Shown piece after piece: positions 38,307 to 52,000 of a DNA stretch of 64,000 nucleotides (position 1 is its first letter; each line of letters begins with the position of its first letter). Location of the stretch: assembly GCF_964355755.1 (NCBI RefSeq), contig NC_092675.1, forward strand, positions 26,074,912 through 26,138,911, written 5' to 3'. Below the pieces are notes generated by a model that worked only from the letters and a program-made list of their open reading frames with translations, did no database searches and was not told the DNA's origin. Source of the DNA: Antedon mediterranea. Lineage: Eukaryota > Animalia > Echinodermata. The position numbers and the translations under genes are program-made.

Positions 38307-41300
38307 GGAACAATGGATATATTACAGTTTTGAATTTGATACCAAAAAGCGACTTTAACAGATATTACCAATGTTACACTCCTTCTTCATTCACTGACTA
38401 TAGTCTGAGTTATGGTAGATCATTTGCAGTAGTAGATGGGGAAAGTATAACTGAAACACCGTGGATCGTGCCAGATTCAAGTCGAAGATACTTTGCAATA
38501 CCTAGTGTTGGCATGGGAGTGTACTATTGTAAATTAGTGAAAGATGATGGCACCACTACAACAATTGTTGAGACTACTAAGATAAGAGATGATGGTAAGA
38601 TGTTCTGGAACCATAAATATTTTACTTTGTTAATCATAATTTGAGTAGCTTTGCTGCTCTACTGTACTAAATAGAAAATTATTCTGTAATTATTTAATAC
38701 TAGTTAATGTATGATTTTTGTGAAGTACCTTTAGGCACTTTAAAGAGAACAGAAGCATTAGAAAAGAGTTACCATGTGGAAGCTTACTATAGGCTGAAAA
38801 AAATTGGAATCTGTAAACGTCTGTCAAATCATGGAGTTACTCCATGGTCAAATAAAAAATAGGTGTTATCAAAATGCGTACAAAAGCAACGATGATTACA
38901 CTCATCAGTTCAGTGGATTCTACAACTGACACTAAAACAAGATGTGTTTTAATATCCAAAAATATTCCAGAAAAGAATCTGAACAGTCTAAGTCAATAAA
39001 ATCCACTCTCAAACATGCACCAAATAATCGTAAATGAACACACAAATTTAGTGTTAAATAGCTGCGAATAGATTAGAGAGACACGCCCGCTATTGTTTTT
39101 ATTGGTAGGCGTAACGTATAGCCGCACCTACCATTTCTAAGCAAAAGTCCTATTCTTTTCATTAGAAAACCAATGGGCATTGTGACAGCATCTAAAAAAG
39201 CGACCATACTTTTGTAATAAATAGTAAAAAATAACATCAACCTCAAAGGTATTTGACCCTATTTAGCCAAAAAAAAAGATTATTGAGAGTTGGGAACAGG
39301 AAGGTTGGTGGCGGGAATCTGAGCCACTTTCAAAACAAAATAACAATAAAAAAGAACATTGCGTTTTAATTTTACAAATATTTTATGAAATTAATACAGA
39401 CTGGAAAAGAAAGAAGTTTCTTAAAAAAATGGTAATAACTGTATATTTCTTTGAGTTTTTAAAGTGGTATTTTATTATTTTCTAAACAGCTTTAATAACA
39501 CCAGTTAATTCTAAAACCACTGTAACAGTGAATGTTTGTGATGATGTCACAATTAAATTTGACACCGATATAATTAGCGGTGATTTAATGTGGAGGAAGG
39601 ATGGATCTACTCCATTTAAAAGTGGAACAGAAACAAGCACGACCTTTAACCCGGTAGAGACTACTGATGCTGGGATGTATGAGCTTTATTTAAATGGTGC
39701 TCGTTCAGATCGTAGACACTCATTTATCAAGTTGATTGTACGAGGTAAAACTTTGTTATATTGTTTAAAAAATCAAATAATGTATTGGATTTCAACTTTG
39801 TTTTAATATTTTTATGCAATTGACACTTTACTTCATCCTTATTTTCTGCAATACTATTCTGGGCTTCTGTTATTGTTCAAAGGTCAATAAAATAATTAAT
39901 TGTAGAAATATAATTTTATTGTAGACACTTTGTACACACTTTCCTCAAATAGGAACTGCACAATATTCAATTTTTAAAAATGTTTATAATAAAAAGCTAT
40001 TAACTTCTCCGAGGGATATTTTAAACACTCCTCCCTTAAAATTAGTTGTTACAATTTAAGAAACTCTAAATTATTATTACTTCAATGCTACATTTTGGAA
40101 GCAACTTCCTTACACTTTATTTGCATTAGCTTCCGAATTGAAGAAAAGTAAGGAAAACAAAATAAAAAAAGGTATCATCCTGAATGTTTGGGTGTTAATG
40201 AAGTATATTTGCAGAACATGCCTATTGATTTTTTATACTAACATGCCCTCTGCATCCTAGTACTGTAGTAGTAAGCCCTGAATATAGTTTTCTTTGATAT
40301 ATTTGCCAAGTAGGCTTACTCACTTTCTGAATGCTTTCCCTTTAATTATTTGTTTACTTTTTATTTTCTTGTTTTACTTTATATTTAAATTAGTAAGTGA
40401 GACAAAGTTTCCTTCTAGTCGGGTCCTTTAATTTTGTATTCATCATAATTATATCATTAATTTAAATTCATAAATGTCAACTCAATTAGTCAATCATTTT
40501 CATACATAGCGTGTCCGTGTCACAAATGGGGTCCACCTAACTGCACTGGCGATTGTGATTACTGCTATAATGGAGGTGTATGTGATGACAAAACTGGATT
40601 TTGTATCTGTGCGCCTGGATTTAATGGATCCACATGTGAAATTGGTAAGAAAAACATGTGTTTTCATAAAAACTAGTAAATGTTTTAACATTAAATTTAC
40701 CAATGATACATGACTCGAGCAGCCATTTAAAAAATTGTTGTATTGTCCCCCAGAAACAAAATTCTTAACCTTTTTGTTGTTGAATATGCCATTTTAATGT
40801 CACTTTATTTTCGTTCTTTGTAATCAACTTTATTAAAACATACAAAACAACCTATTCAAAATCGGATTTAATTAATCTTCATTTTTCATGTTTTAGGGGA
40901 CAATACATCTTTAAAATAGTGTAAATCTAAATAGGCTTATACTTCATAGAATCAAATGGGTTATTGTAGACTATCTTAGACTATCAATGATGTGGTAGAA
41001 ATAGGAACCAAGCATTAGTACAGTACAACAAACTGTTATTCATTAATGAATGGATGTTTATCCTTTACTGGAGTTAGAGAGTCATATCATTCCCAATGAA
41101 AGTGTTTCTTCTGCTTTTAACCCTCCTGCGCACTCTGCTTATTATTGTGTCCTTTTGCTTGTTTTATGTTTTTTGCTGAAAAAGAGGAATTAAGTAAGAA
41201 ATAATGTATTTTAACCCACACCTCATGTATTTACAGTATGTTTTTTTTCTCATCAGTTATTCATTTTTTATTAAATTTTATTGCTTTATTATTTAGTTTT

Positions 41301-44300
41301 CACATCTTGATAGACTAATAATAATAATAATAATAATAGGATATTTAAAAGGGCCATGCCTCTGAAATAATTTGGATTTAATGTCTGCCATTATTTTTAG
41401 CATGTGGTGGCAATAGTCATGGTTGGAATTGTGAAAATTTTTGTTCCAGACGACCAGACCTTTCTTCGTGTAAAAACGTTCTGTTTTGTTTACCTGATCC
41501 ATATGGATGTACCTGTGTTACCGGTTACAAAGGAATAAAATGTGACATAGGTAAATATATAATCATGGATTTATCCATAATTAAAAAAAATGTTCTGCTT
41601 TTCTTCCTTAATATACATTTTAGTTACAATCAAGTATAACAATCATGTATAACAGCCAGATAGGTATCTGTTAACAATATAATATATTCTAAGGAATTAT
41701 TCATTTTATCACAAACTTTGAAGATTTGTTTTTCCTCTGGAAAAAGAAAAATCTTTTGAAATGTTGCGTTAAATAGGCCAATGGTTAATTGTTTAATAAC
41801 ATAATATTTCAAATCATCATCAAACAGAATGTTCACCTGGTACATTTGGAGCAGACTGTACTCAAACATGTCATTGTCAAGAAGGTGCATGTGATCGATA
41901 TACAGGAATATGCACTGAATCGGCATGTGCGTTTCCGTGGACAGGATATAACTGCCAACGTAAGATAAGATAAGATAAGATAAGATAACTTTTATTGATC
42001 CTCAAAAAGGAAATTCATTGCTCGTCATAATAACAAGAAAACACAATAAAAACAAATACAGTATAGCATAAAACCATTCATATAAAAACATAAAAAAATG
42101 CAAGATAAAATTATCTTCTTGACTTCCTGAATTCATTATAGTATAAGAAAGGTTAAAGTTTGCCAATTATTAAAATCTAATCTTTTATATTACCATTATC
42201 TGATGATAATCTTCGAAAATTTGTAAAGTAAAATCATTTTTCTTTTTTTAATTGATGAAATATCTTTGTGTTGGTAACAACATAAAATTAAATGAATATA
42301 AACTAAATATCCTTAGAACAGCATATTTTAATATTTCGTTTAGAATGCCAAACTGGTGAAGTGTGTGAAGAAAATGAATGTAAGGAACCATGCGAATATT
42401 ACAGAGAAAATGGCATATGTAAAGAATATGTTAGTAAGTTCCCTGTTAGATTTTCATCAGTAGAATCCTTACAAACGATGATAGCGATGAAGTAGCTCTT
42501 TTAAACCCAACATGTTCAGTCTTGGTCACATTTTATACTAATTTGAATTTTTAGTGTCCTGTCAGATTGCGTGTGTCTGTTTGTTTGTTAGGATTACTCA
42601 AAAAGTTATTGCAAGATCTTTACCAAAATGAAAATTCAGATAGATGTGTTGTCAGGTACCACTCCATTCAATTTTAGTAGGCAATCCGAACCAGGGTCAT
42701 AATTCAGGACCTTTTTTAGTATTATTTTCGGACCTGCTGAAACTGAAAATTATTTTCTTGAGAACTACTTGTCCAAAAAACTTCATTTTTGAACAAAAGG
42801 CAGAGTTAAAATTTGTGATCTGTAATTTTAAAACATAATTTGATTTAATGTACAGATTTTGTTATACTAGTATGTCAAAAAGTCTTTAAAAAAAAAAATT
42901 AATCTGTATTTTTTGTGTTGCTGTTCTCTTGTTAGTCAACTGAAACCTATTGTTAGTTCAAAGGATGGTTACATAACCATTACACTAACTTGTTGAGTTG
43001 AGTGTTGCAGTGAAAAAAAAAAAAAAATTATCCAAACCCAAACCAAAAGTTAAATAGAGCCAATAAAAATTAACTAATTAATTTTTTATATATTTATATT
43101 TTGAATTGTCAGGAATTATTAATGCCACATTTGTACCAGCAAATAACAACCAGAACACAACTGCATCATGTTCAGTAAAACATTATGGTACAAAAAACAT
43201 TACAACAATGATTATGGTGACTAACAAACATTTCACTGAAAATATTACAAAAGTGGTAGAAATAGAACAAGATGGTGAGAATATAACAACATACACATTT
43301 TCGGTGACATCAAATGTTGATTCAACTTATGAATGTGTAATTGCATACCCATGTTTTTCGGCTCGGAGACAAATATTTGCTGATATTTTTCGTAAGTAAT
43401 AAAAACTATAATCAAAATTTGCGTTACTTTTAAATCATTTCAACAATTCTATCTTACTAGGGAAATATTTTTATATTTACATCACACTTGAATGTTATAT
43501 TTGTTTATTTGAAGAGAATCAGTTAAATGCGCCTATTGAACTTGGGTCTGCCTTGTTGGATTACACAGTTCCAATTCAACTAATGAAAATATTGCTCTCA
43601 CATTTCCATTTTTGAGCATTGACTGTATTTATTTCATATGAGCTAAACTAATTGACTATTATTTTTACATTTTATAAACAACTTATTAGGGTTGCCTGTC
43701 TACAATGGAAGCTTGACAGTACTCAATATATCAGGATCCTTTATCACCATTGAATGGACGGCATGGGACAGCAATACTGATTATGGAAATGGTCCAGTTG
43801 TTGGATACTTTTTATACCACAAACTGAGCAATACCAATGATTGGATGAAGAGATTATATGAGAATTCTTTATCAGGCACTGTTAATGGGTTGTGTGATAA
43901 AGAATACACTTTTAGTGTTTCTGCTGCGAGACCTGGTGAAGGAGGTGAAGGACCAATTGGAAAAGATGGAGTCACAGTAAAACCTCATTGTGAAAGTAAG
44001 TGAGCACTGTATGTCAACTAAAGAATCACAACTGGCAATGTGTAATGTGACACATTCACATTTCTAGGCTAAGTACCACTTTATTGGACATCTGTTGCCT
44101 TTGTTCAAGGAGGTTGCAAACTTTTTAACTTTACTTACCACTTAAAATACCAGATAACCTAAAGTTGAAAATGATACAGTAGTAATGGGATATTGTGACT
44201 TTCGCCCTTTTGCCGACAATGTGAAGTATTTTTCTTTTTATTTCTTGCCAGAAATTACCAATGCCACATTTGTTCCAGCAAATAACAACCAGAACACAAC

Positions 44301-44530
44301 TGCTTCATGTTCAGTAAAACATTATGGTACAAAAAACATTACAACAATGATTATGGTGACTAACAAACATTTCACTGAAAATATTACAAAACTGGTAGAA
44401 ATAGAACAAGATGGTGAGAATATAACAAAGTACACATTTTCTGTGACATCAAATGTTGATTCCACATACAAATGTGTAATAGTGCATGAAGGATTTTCTG
44501 TTCAACGTGAAATTTTACCTGAAGTGTTTC
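38307..44530 (+). CDS. Gene D ectodomain module 2 (near-identical duplicate of module 1, no leader of its own)
   Basis: Exons 38307-38594, 39490-39744, 40510-40644, 41401-41550, 41828-41959, 42344-42433, 43113-43391, 43690-43995, 44252-44530. Splice sites are intact and frames open. Confidence 0.7.
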
Positions 44531-44835
44531 GTAAGTCAAACAAATTGTAATAATTAAAGATTGAAATATAAATCTGCATTACTTTTTTAATCTTTCCAGC
44601 TGTTATGTGTTATTAATGAAATATTTTATATTACAAAACCGAAGCATGTCATATATGGCCTAGTCTTTGACCTTCCAAGACAAACTGTAAGATTCGACAA
44701 CTAGACCCTGTCTGGAATAAAACAGACAATCTTTTAACTCATGAAAATACTCTCCCCTTAACTATTTAAATTATTCTCTGCTCAACTATTAACTATTGTT
44801 GATTATTGACATCAATACACAACATTTGTTATTAG

Positions 44836-45044
44836 GGTTACCAGTCTACGCTGGAAACTTGACGGTAGATATAAACACTTTTTGTTTTTATGGTGGCCAT
44901 TTTGAAATCAAGATGGCCGCCATACCGGACGTTGGACACTTGGCACCCCCCGATATTTTGAATCTATATACATCAAAGAAACTTTGTGGAAAGTTTCATG
45001 CTTTGGTAATAAAGTGCACAACTTGGCTATTTTTATGGCGTTAA
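44836..45044 (+). other. Truncated FN3 exon fused to a transposon fragment (duplication junction 2)
   Basis: Same structure as 37133-37341, 7703 bp downstream. Confidence 0.7.
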
Positions 45045-45055
45045 CTGCTCTACTA

Positions 45056-45660
45056 ATGTGATTGGAAGATGATTATAGGCTATGTGATTGGAAGATGATT
45101 ATAGGCTATGTGATTGGAAGATGATTATATAGGCTATGTGATTGAAAGATGATTATAGGCTATGTGATTGGAAGATGATTAGAGGCTATGTGATTGGAAG
45201 ATGATTATAGGCTATGTGATTGGAAGATGATTATATAGGCTATGTGATTGGAAGATGATTATATAGGCTATGTGATTGAAAGATGATTATATAGGCTATG
45301 TGATTGGAAGATGATTATATAGGCTATGTGTTTGGAAGATGATTATAGGCTATGTGATTGAAAGATGATTATAGGCTATGTGATTGAAAGATGATTATAG
45401 GCTATAATGATTGGAAGATGATTATAGGCTATGTGATTGGAAGATGATTAGGCTTTGTGATTGAAAGATGATTATAGGCTATGTGATTGGAAGATGATTA
45501 TAGGCTATGTGATTGGAAGATGATTATAGGCTATGTGATTGGAAGATGATTATAGGCTATTTGATTGAAAGATGATTATAGGCTATGTGATTGGAAGATG
45601 ATTATAGGCTATGTGATTGGAAGATGATTATAGGTAGCTATGTGATTGGAAGATGATTAT
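45056..45660 (+). repeat. Minisatellite array 3 (same 26/28-bp unit)
   Basis: Tandem array beginning exactly at duplication junction 2. Confidence 0.95.
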
Positions 45661-46010
45661 CAAAATCATCTTGCATATTAATTTGATTGTTTTCATGCAT
45701 TTTTTTTTTCAATTTATCTTCATTTACACATGACTATATTCCCTTTTTTCATTATTTTCTTATGCTTTTTTTCTACTTATTCTCTATGCATGATTAACAT
45801 GAATTCAATATAATGTTCAAAATTTACCATAGAATCACATATTTTATTACAGTAATGTTTACTGATTTTAAATAATAAAGAGGGTTATTTTAGCAAGAAA
45901 AATGATTGATGGGATCTTATAGACTGAATTAGACTGTAATTAATTATTACATATCATTTGGAATTAACCAAGTAATTTGTATCAAAACCTAGCTAATATT
46001 TATATTTCAG

Positions 46011-49000
46011 GGAACAATGGATATATTACAGTTTTGAATTTGATACCAAAAAGCGACTTTAACAGATATTACCAATGTTACACTCCTTCTTCATTCACTG
46101 ACTATAGTCTGAGTTATGGTAGATCATTTGCAGTAGTAGATGGGGAAAGTATAACTGAAACACCGTGGATCGTGCCAGATTCAAGTCGAAGATACTTTGC
46201 AATACCTAGTGTTGGCATGGGAGTGTACTATTGTAAATTAGTGAAAGATGATGGCACCACTACAACAATTGTTGAGACTACTAAGATAAGAGATGATGGT
46301 AAGATGTTCTGGAACCATAAATATTTTACTTTGTTAATCATAATTTGAGTAGCTTTGCTGCTCTACTGTACTAAATAGAAAATTATTCTGTAATTATTTA
46401 ATACTAGTTAATGTATGATTTTTGTGAAGTACCTTTAGGCACTTTAAAGAGAACAGAAGCATTAGAAAAGAGTTACCATGTGGAAGCTTACTATAGGCTG
46501 AAAAAAATTGGAATCTGTAAACGTCTGTCAAATCATGGAGTTACTCCATGGTCAAATCAAAAATAGGTGTTATCAAAATGCGTACAAAAGCAACGATGAT
46601 TACACTCATCAGTTCAGTGGATTCTACAACTGACACTAAACAAGATGTGTTTTAATATCCAAAAATATTCCAGAAAAGAATCTGAACAGTCTAAGTCAAT
46701 AAAATCCACTCTCAAACATGCACCAAATAATCGTAAATGAACACACAAATTTAGTGTTAAATAGCTGCGAATAGATTAGAGAGACACGCCCGCTATTGTT
46801 TTTATTGGTAGGCGTAACGTATAGCCGCACCTACCATTTCTAAGCAAAAGTCCTATTCTTTTCATTAGAAAACCAATGTGCATTGTGACAGCATCTAAAA
46901 AAGCGACCATACTTTTGTAATAAATAGTAAAAAATAACATCAACCTCAAAGGTATTTGACCCTATTTAGCCAAAAAAAAGATTATTGAGAGTTGGGAACA
47001 GGAAGGTTGGTGGCGGGAATCTGAGCCACTTTCAAAACAAAATAACAATAAAAAAGAACATTGCGTTTTAATTTTACAAATATTTTATGAAATTAATACA
47101 GACTGGAAAAGAAAGAAGTTTCTTAAAAAAATGGTAATAACTGTATATTTCTTTGAGTTTTTAAAGTGGTATTTTATTATTTTCTAAACAGCTTTAATAA
47201 CACCAGTTAATTCTAAAACCACTGTAACAGTGAATGTTTGTGATGATGTCACAATTAAATTTGACACCGATATAATTAGCGGTGATTTAATGTGGAGGAA
47301 GGATGGATCTACTCCATTTAAAAGTGGAACAGAAACAAGCACGACCTTTAACCCGGTAGAGACTACTGATGCTGGGATGTATGAGCTTTATTTAAATGGT
47401 GCTCGTTCAGATCGTAGACACTCATTTATCAAGTTGATTGTACGAGGTAAAACTTTGTTATATTGTTTAAAAAATCAAATAATGTATTGGATTTCAACTT
47501 TGTTTTAATATTTTTATGCAATTGACACTTTACTTCATCCTTATTTTCTGCAATACTATTCTGGGCTTCTGTTATTGTTCAAAGGTCAATAAAATAATTA
47601 ATTGTAGAAATATAATTTTATTGTAGACACTTTGTACACACTTTCCTCAAATAGGAACTGCACAATATTCAATTTTTAAAAATGTTTATAATAAAAAGCT
47701 ATTAACTTCTCCGAGGGATATTTTAAACACTCCTCCCTTAAAATTAGTTGTTACAATTTAAGAAACTCTAAATTATTATTACTTCAATGCTACATTTTGG
47801 AAGCAACTCCCTAACACTTTATTTGCATTAGCTTCCGAATTGAAGAAAAGTAAGGAAAACAAAATAAAAAAAGGTATCATCCTGAATGTTTGGGTGTTAA
47901 TGAAGTATATTTGCAGAACATGCCTATTGATTTTTTATACGAACATGCCCTCTGCATCCTAGTACTGTAGTAGTAAGCCCTGAATATAGTTTTCTTTGAT
48001 ATATTTGCCAAGTAGGCTTACTCACTTTCTGAATGCTTTCCCTTTAATTATTTGTTTACTTTTTATTTTCTTTTACTTTATATTTAAATTAGTAAGTGAG
48101 ACAAAGTTTCCTTCTAGTCGGGTCCTTTAATTTTGTATTCATCATAATTATATCATTAATTTAAATTCATAAATGTCAACTCAATTAGTCAATCATTTTC
48201 ATACATAGCGTGTCCGTGTCACAAATGGGGTCCACCTAACTGCACTGGCGATTGTGAATACTGCTATAATGGAGGTGTATGTGATGACAAAACTGGATTT
48301 TGTATCTGTGCGCCTGGATTTAATGGATCCACATGTGAAATTGGTAAGAAAAACATGTGTTTTCATAAAAACTAGTAAATGTTTTAACATTAAATTTACC
48401 AATGATACATGACTCGAGCAGCCATTTAAAAAATTGTTGTACTGTCCCCCAGAAACAAAATTCTTAACCTTTTTGTTGTTGAATATGCCATTTTAATGTC
48501 ACTTTATTTTCGTTCTTTGTAATCAACTTTATTAAAACATACAAAACAACCTATTCAAAATCGGATTTAATTAATCTTCATTTTTCATGTTTTAGGGGAC
48601 AATACATCTTTAAAATAGTGTAAATCTAAATAGGCTTATACTTCATAGAATCAAATGGGTTATTGTAGACTATCTTAGACTATCAATGATGTGGTAGAAA
48701 TAGGAACCAAGCATTAGTACAGTACAACAAACTGTTATTCATTAATGAATGGATGTTTATCCTTTACTGGAGTTAGAGAGTCATATCATTCCCAATGAAA
48801 GTGTTTCTTCTGCTTTTAACCCTCCTGCGCACTCTGCTTATTATTGTGTCCTTTTGCTTGTTTTATGTTTTTTGCTGAAAAAGAGGAATTAAGTAAGAAA
48901 TAATGTATTTTAACTCACACCTCATGTATTTACAGTATGTTTTTTTTCTCATCAGTTATTCATTTTTTATTAAATTTTATTTTTTTTTTTTTTTTTTTTT

Positions 49001-52000
49001 TATTTTTTTTTTATTTCATTATATAATACGTTACATGGGAAAAACATAATCAAATAAAAAATTAAAATAAAAAGCAACAAACAAAAACAACAAAGATATC
49101 CATCTAACAAATTAAATACAGGTTCATAAAAATTATTCTACTCTCTAAACCATTTTATATTTGATTTATAAATTCTTCTAATTTTATCCATTTTCTATTA
49201 AAAATACTGTCCTCAAAATTCTGATGATAAATAAATTTTTCTGTTTCATAAAACCTTTTTAACTCGTTCACAACCATTTTGATAGTTGGCTTACATTTAA
49301 CTAGTTTACATTTATAAATAAATGATTTTACAATTAGAATAATTGCATTAATGGCTTTTAAATTAAAAAACTGATGCGCATCTTGGTATCCGAAAATTAT
49401 GCTCTCTTTACTAAAAATAAATTGCACTCCAGTTTTTTCTGAAATTTTTTCCTGGAGGAGGTTCCATATCCTTTTTACTATTGGACAATTACAATTAAAT
49501 TTTATTGCTTTATTATTTAGTTTTCACATCTTGATAGACTAATAATAATAATAATAATAATAGGATATTGAAAAGGGCCATGCCTCTGAAATAATTTGGA
49601 TTTAATGTCTGCCATTATTTTTAGCATGTGGTGGCAATAGTCATGGTTGGAATTGTGAAAATTTTTGTTCCAGACGACCAGACCTTTCTTCGTGTAAAAA
49701 CGTTCTGTTTTGTTTACCTGATCCATATGGATGTACCTGTGTTACCGGTTACAAAGGAATAAAATGTGACATAGGTAAATATATAATCATGGATTTATCC
49801 ATAATTAAAAAAAATGTTCTGCTTTTCTTCCTTAATATACATTTTAGTTACAATCAAGTATAACAATCATGTATAACAGCCAGATAGGTATCTGTTAACA
49901 ATATAATATATTCTAAGGAATTATTCATTTTATCACAAACTTTGAAGATTTGTTTTTCCTCTGGAAAAAGAAAAATCTTTTGAAATGTTGCGTTAAATAG
50001 GCCAATGGTTAATTGTTTAATAACATAATATTTCAAATCATCATCAAACAGAATGTTCACCTGGTACATTTGGAGCAGACTGTACTCAAACATGTCATTG
50101 TCAAGAAGGTGCATGTGATCGATATACAGGAATATGCACTGAATCGGCATGTGCGTTTCCGTGGACAGGATATAACTGCCAACGTAAGATAAGATAAGAT
50201 AAGATAACTTTTATTGATCCTCAAAAAGGAAATTCATTGCTCGTCATAATAACAAGAAAACACAATAAAAACAAATACAGTATAGCATAAAACCATTCAT
50301 ATAAAAACATAAAAAAATACAAGATAAAATTATCTTCTTGACTTCCTGAATTCATTATAGTATAAGAAAGGTTAAAGTTTGCCAATTATTAAAATCTAAT
50401 CTTTTATATTACCATTATCTGATGATAATCTTCGAAAATTTGTAAAGTAAAATCATTTATACAATATATTTTAGGTTTTTCTTTTTTTAATTGATGAAAT
50501 ATCTTTGTGTTGGTAACAACATAAAATTAAATGAATATAAACTAAATATCCTTAGAACAGCATATTTTGATATTTCGTTTAGAATGCCAAACTGGTGAAG
50601 TGTGTGAAGAAAATGAATGTAAGGAACCATGCGAATATTACAGAGAAAATGGCATATGTAAAGAATATGTTAGTAAGTTCCCTGTTAGATTTTCATCAGT
50701 AGAATCCTTACAAACGATGATAGCGATGAAGTAGCTCTTTTAAACCCAACATGTTCAGTCTTGGTCACATTTTATACTAATTTGAATTTTTAGTGTCCTG
50801 TCAGATTGCGTGTGTCTGTTTGTTTGTTAGGATTACTCAAAAAGTTATTGCAAGATCTTTACCAAAATGAAAATTCAGATAGATATGTTGTCAGGTACCA
50901 CTCCATTCAATTTTAGTAGGCAATCCGAACCAGGGTCATAATTCAGGACCTTTTTTAGTATTATTTTCGGACCTGCTGAAACTGAAAATTATTTTCTTGA
51001 GAACTACTTGTCCAAAAAACTTCATTTTTGAACAAAAGGCAAGAGTTAAAATTTGTGATCTGTAATTTTAAAACATAATCTATATATAAATTTACGTAAG
51101 GGCAAAATTCGGTAAATCGCGCCTTACTTCTATAATTTTTACTCGATGGTATATAAAGTTGGTTCGTACTTTCGGTACTGATTTTAACCGCCTGATGTAA
51201 CCCTGTTTACTAATTAAATTAAGTTAGATAATAAGTTATTGACGGTTAAAACGAATTTAGGTTCCAAGATTTGCCCCAAATAGGGGTGTTTTCCGACCGT
51301 GGTATACACTGTATAATGGATGTCCGTCTTGAAAAATACCCGCCACAAAAATGCGAGGAGGCTTCGCATTTTCCTATCTCCTCCTACGATAATTGTTTTT
51401 AATAGCTGAAAACCGGTTGAACAGCTAGAGTACACCATCATAATGTTGAAGACAGGCCGATTTTCTTTAAAAAATACTATTTTGATAGATTTAATATACG
51501 ATTATACAAATCTATTGATTTGCGATGAATGGAACATCCCAATCTCTCAGTCTGCCAGAGTTTGGTTTAACACAAGTACTGTAGGTAAATTTATGAGCCC
51601 TTGGTTTAACACATACGGTAGGTAAATATATGGGCCCTTTGAGAATAAACTTGCGAGATTGTGGATAGGCTCTACTGTTAGATATATAAACACATTATTA
51701 TATACAAATAAACTTTATACTGACAGTTCTTTCTCAACGTTTGTATTAATTAATAATTACCAAATATAAACGTCGTAGTGGTGTATCGTGACATGGTACT
51801 TTAATATTTCAATCGATTATGACAGTGACAGTTTTAACTAAACTAAATAAAGAATGTTCTCTAATATAATTAGGAATCTCTTGCCATACACGGGGAAAAT
51901 TAGTGTACAATGAACATTTAAAAGAAATAAATAAATAAATAAAATAAAAAAAGTATTAAATCGCAAATGTTTTACTGTATTTAGAGGTATATTATTTATA

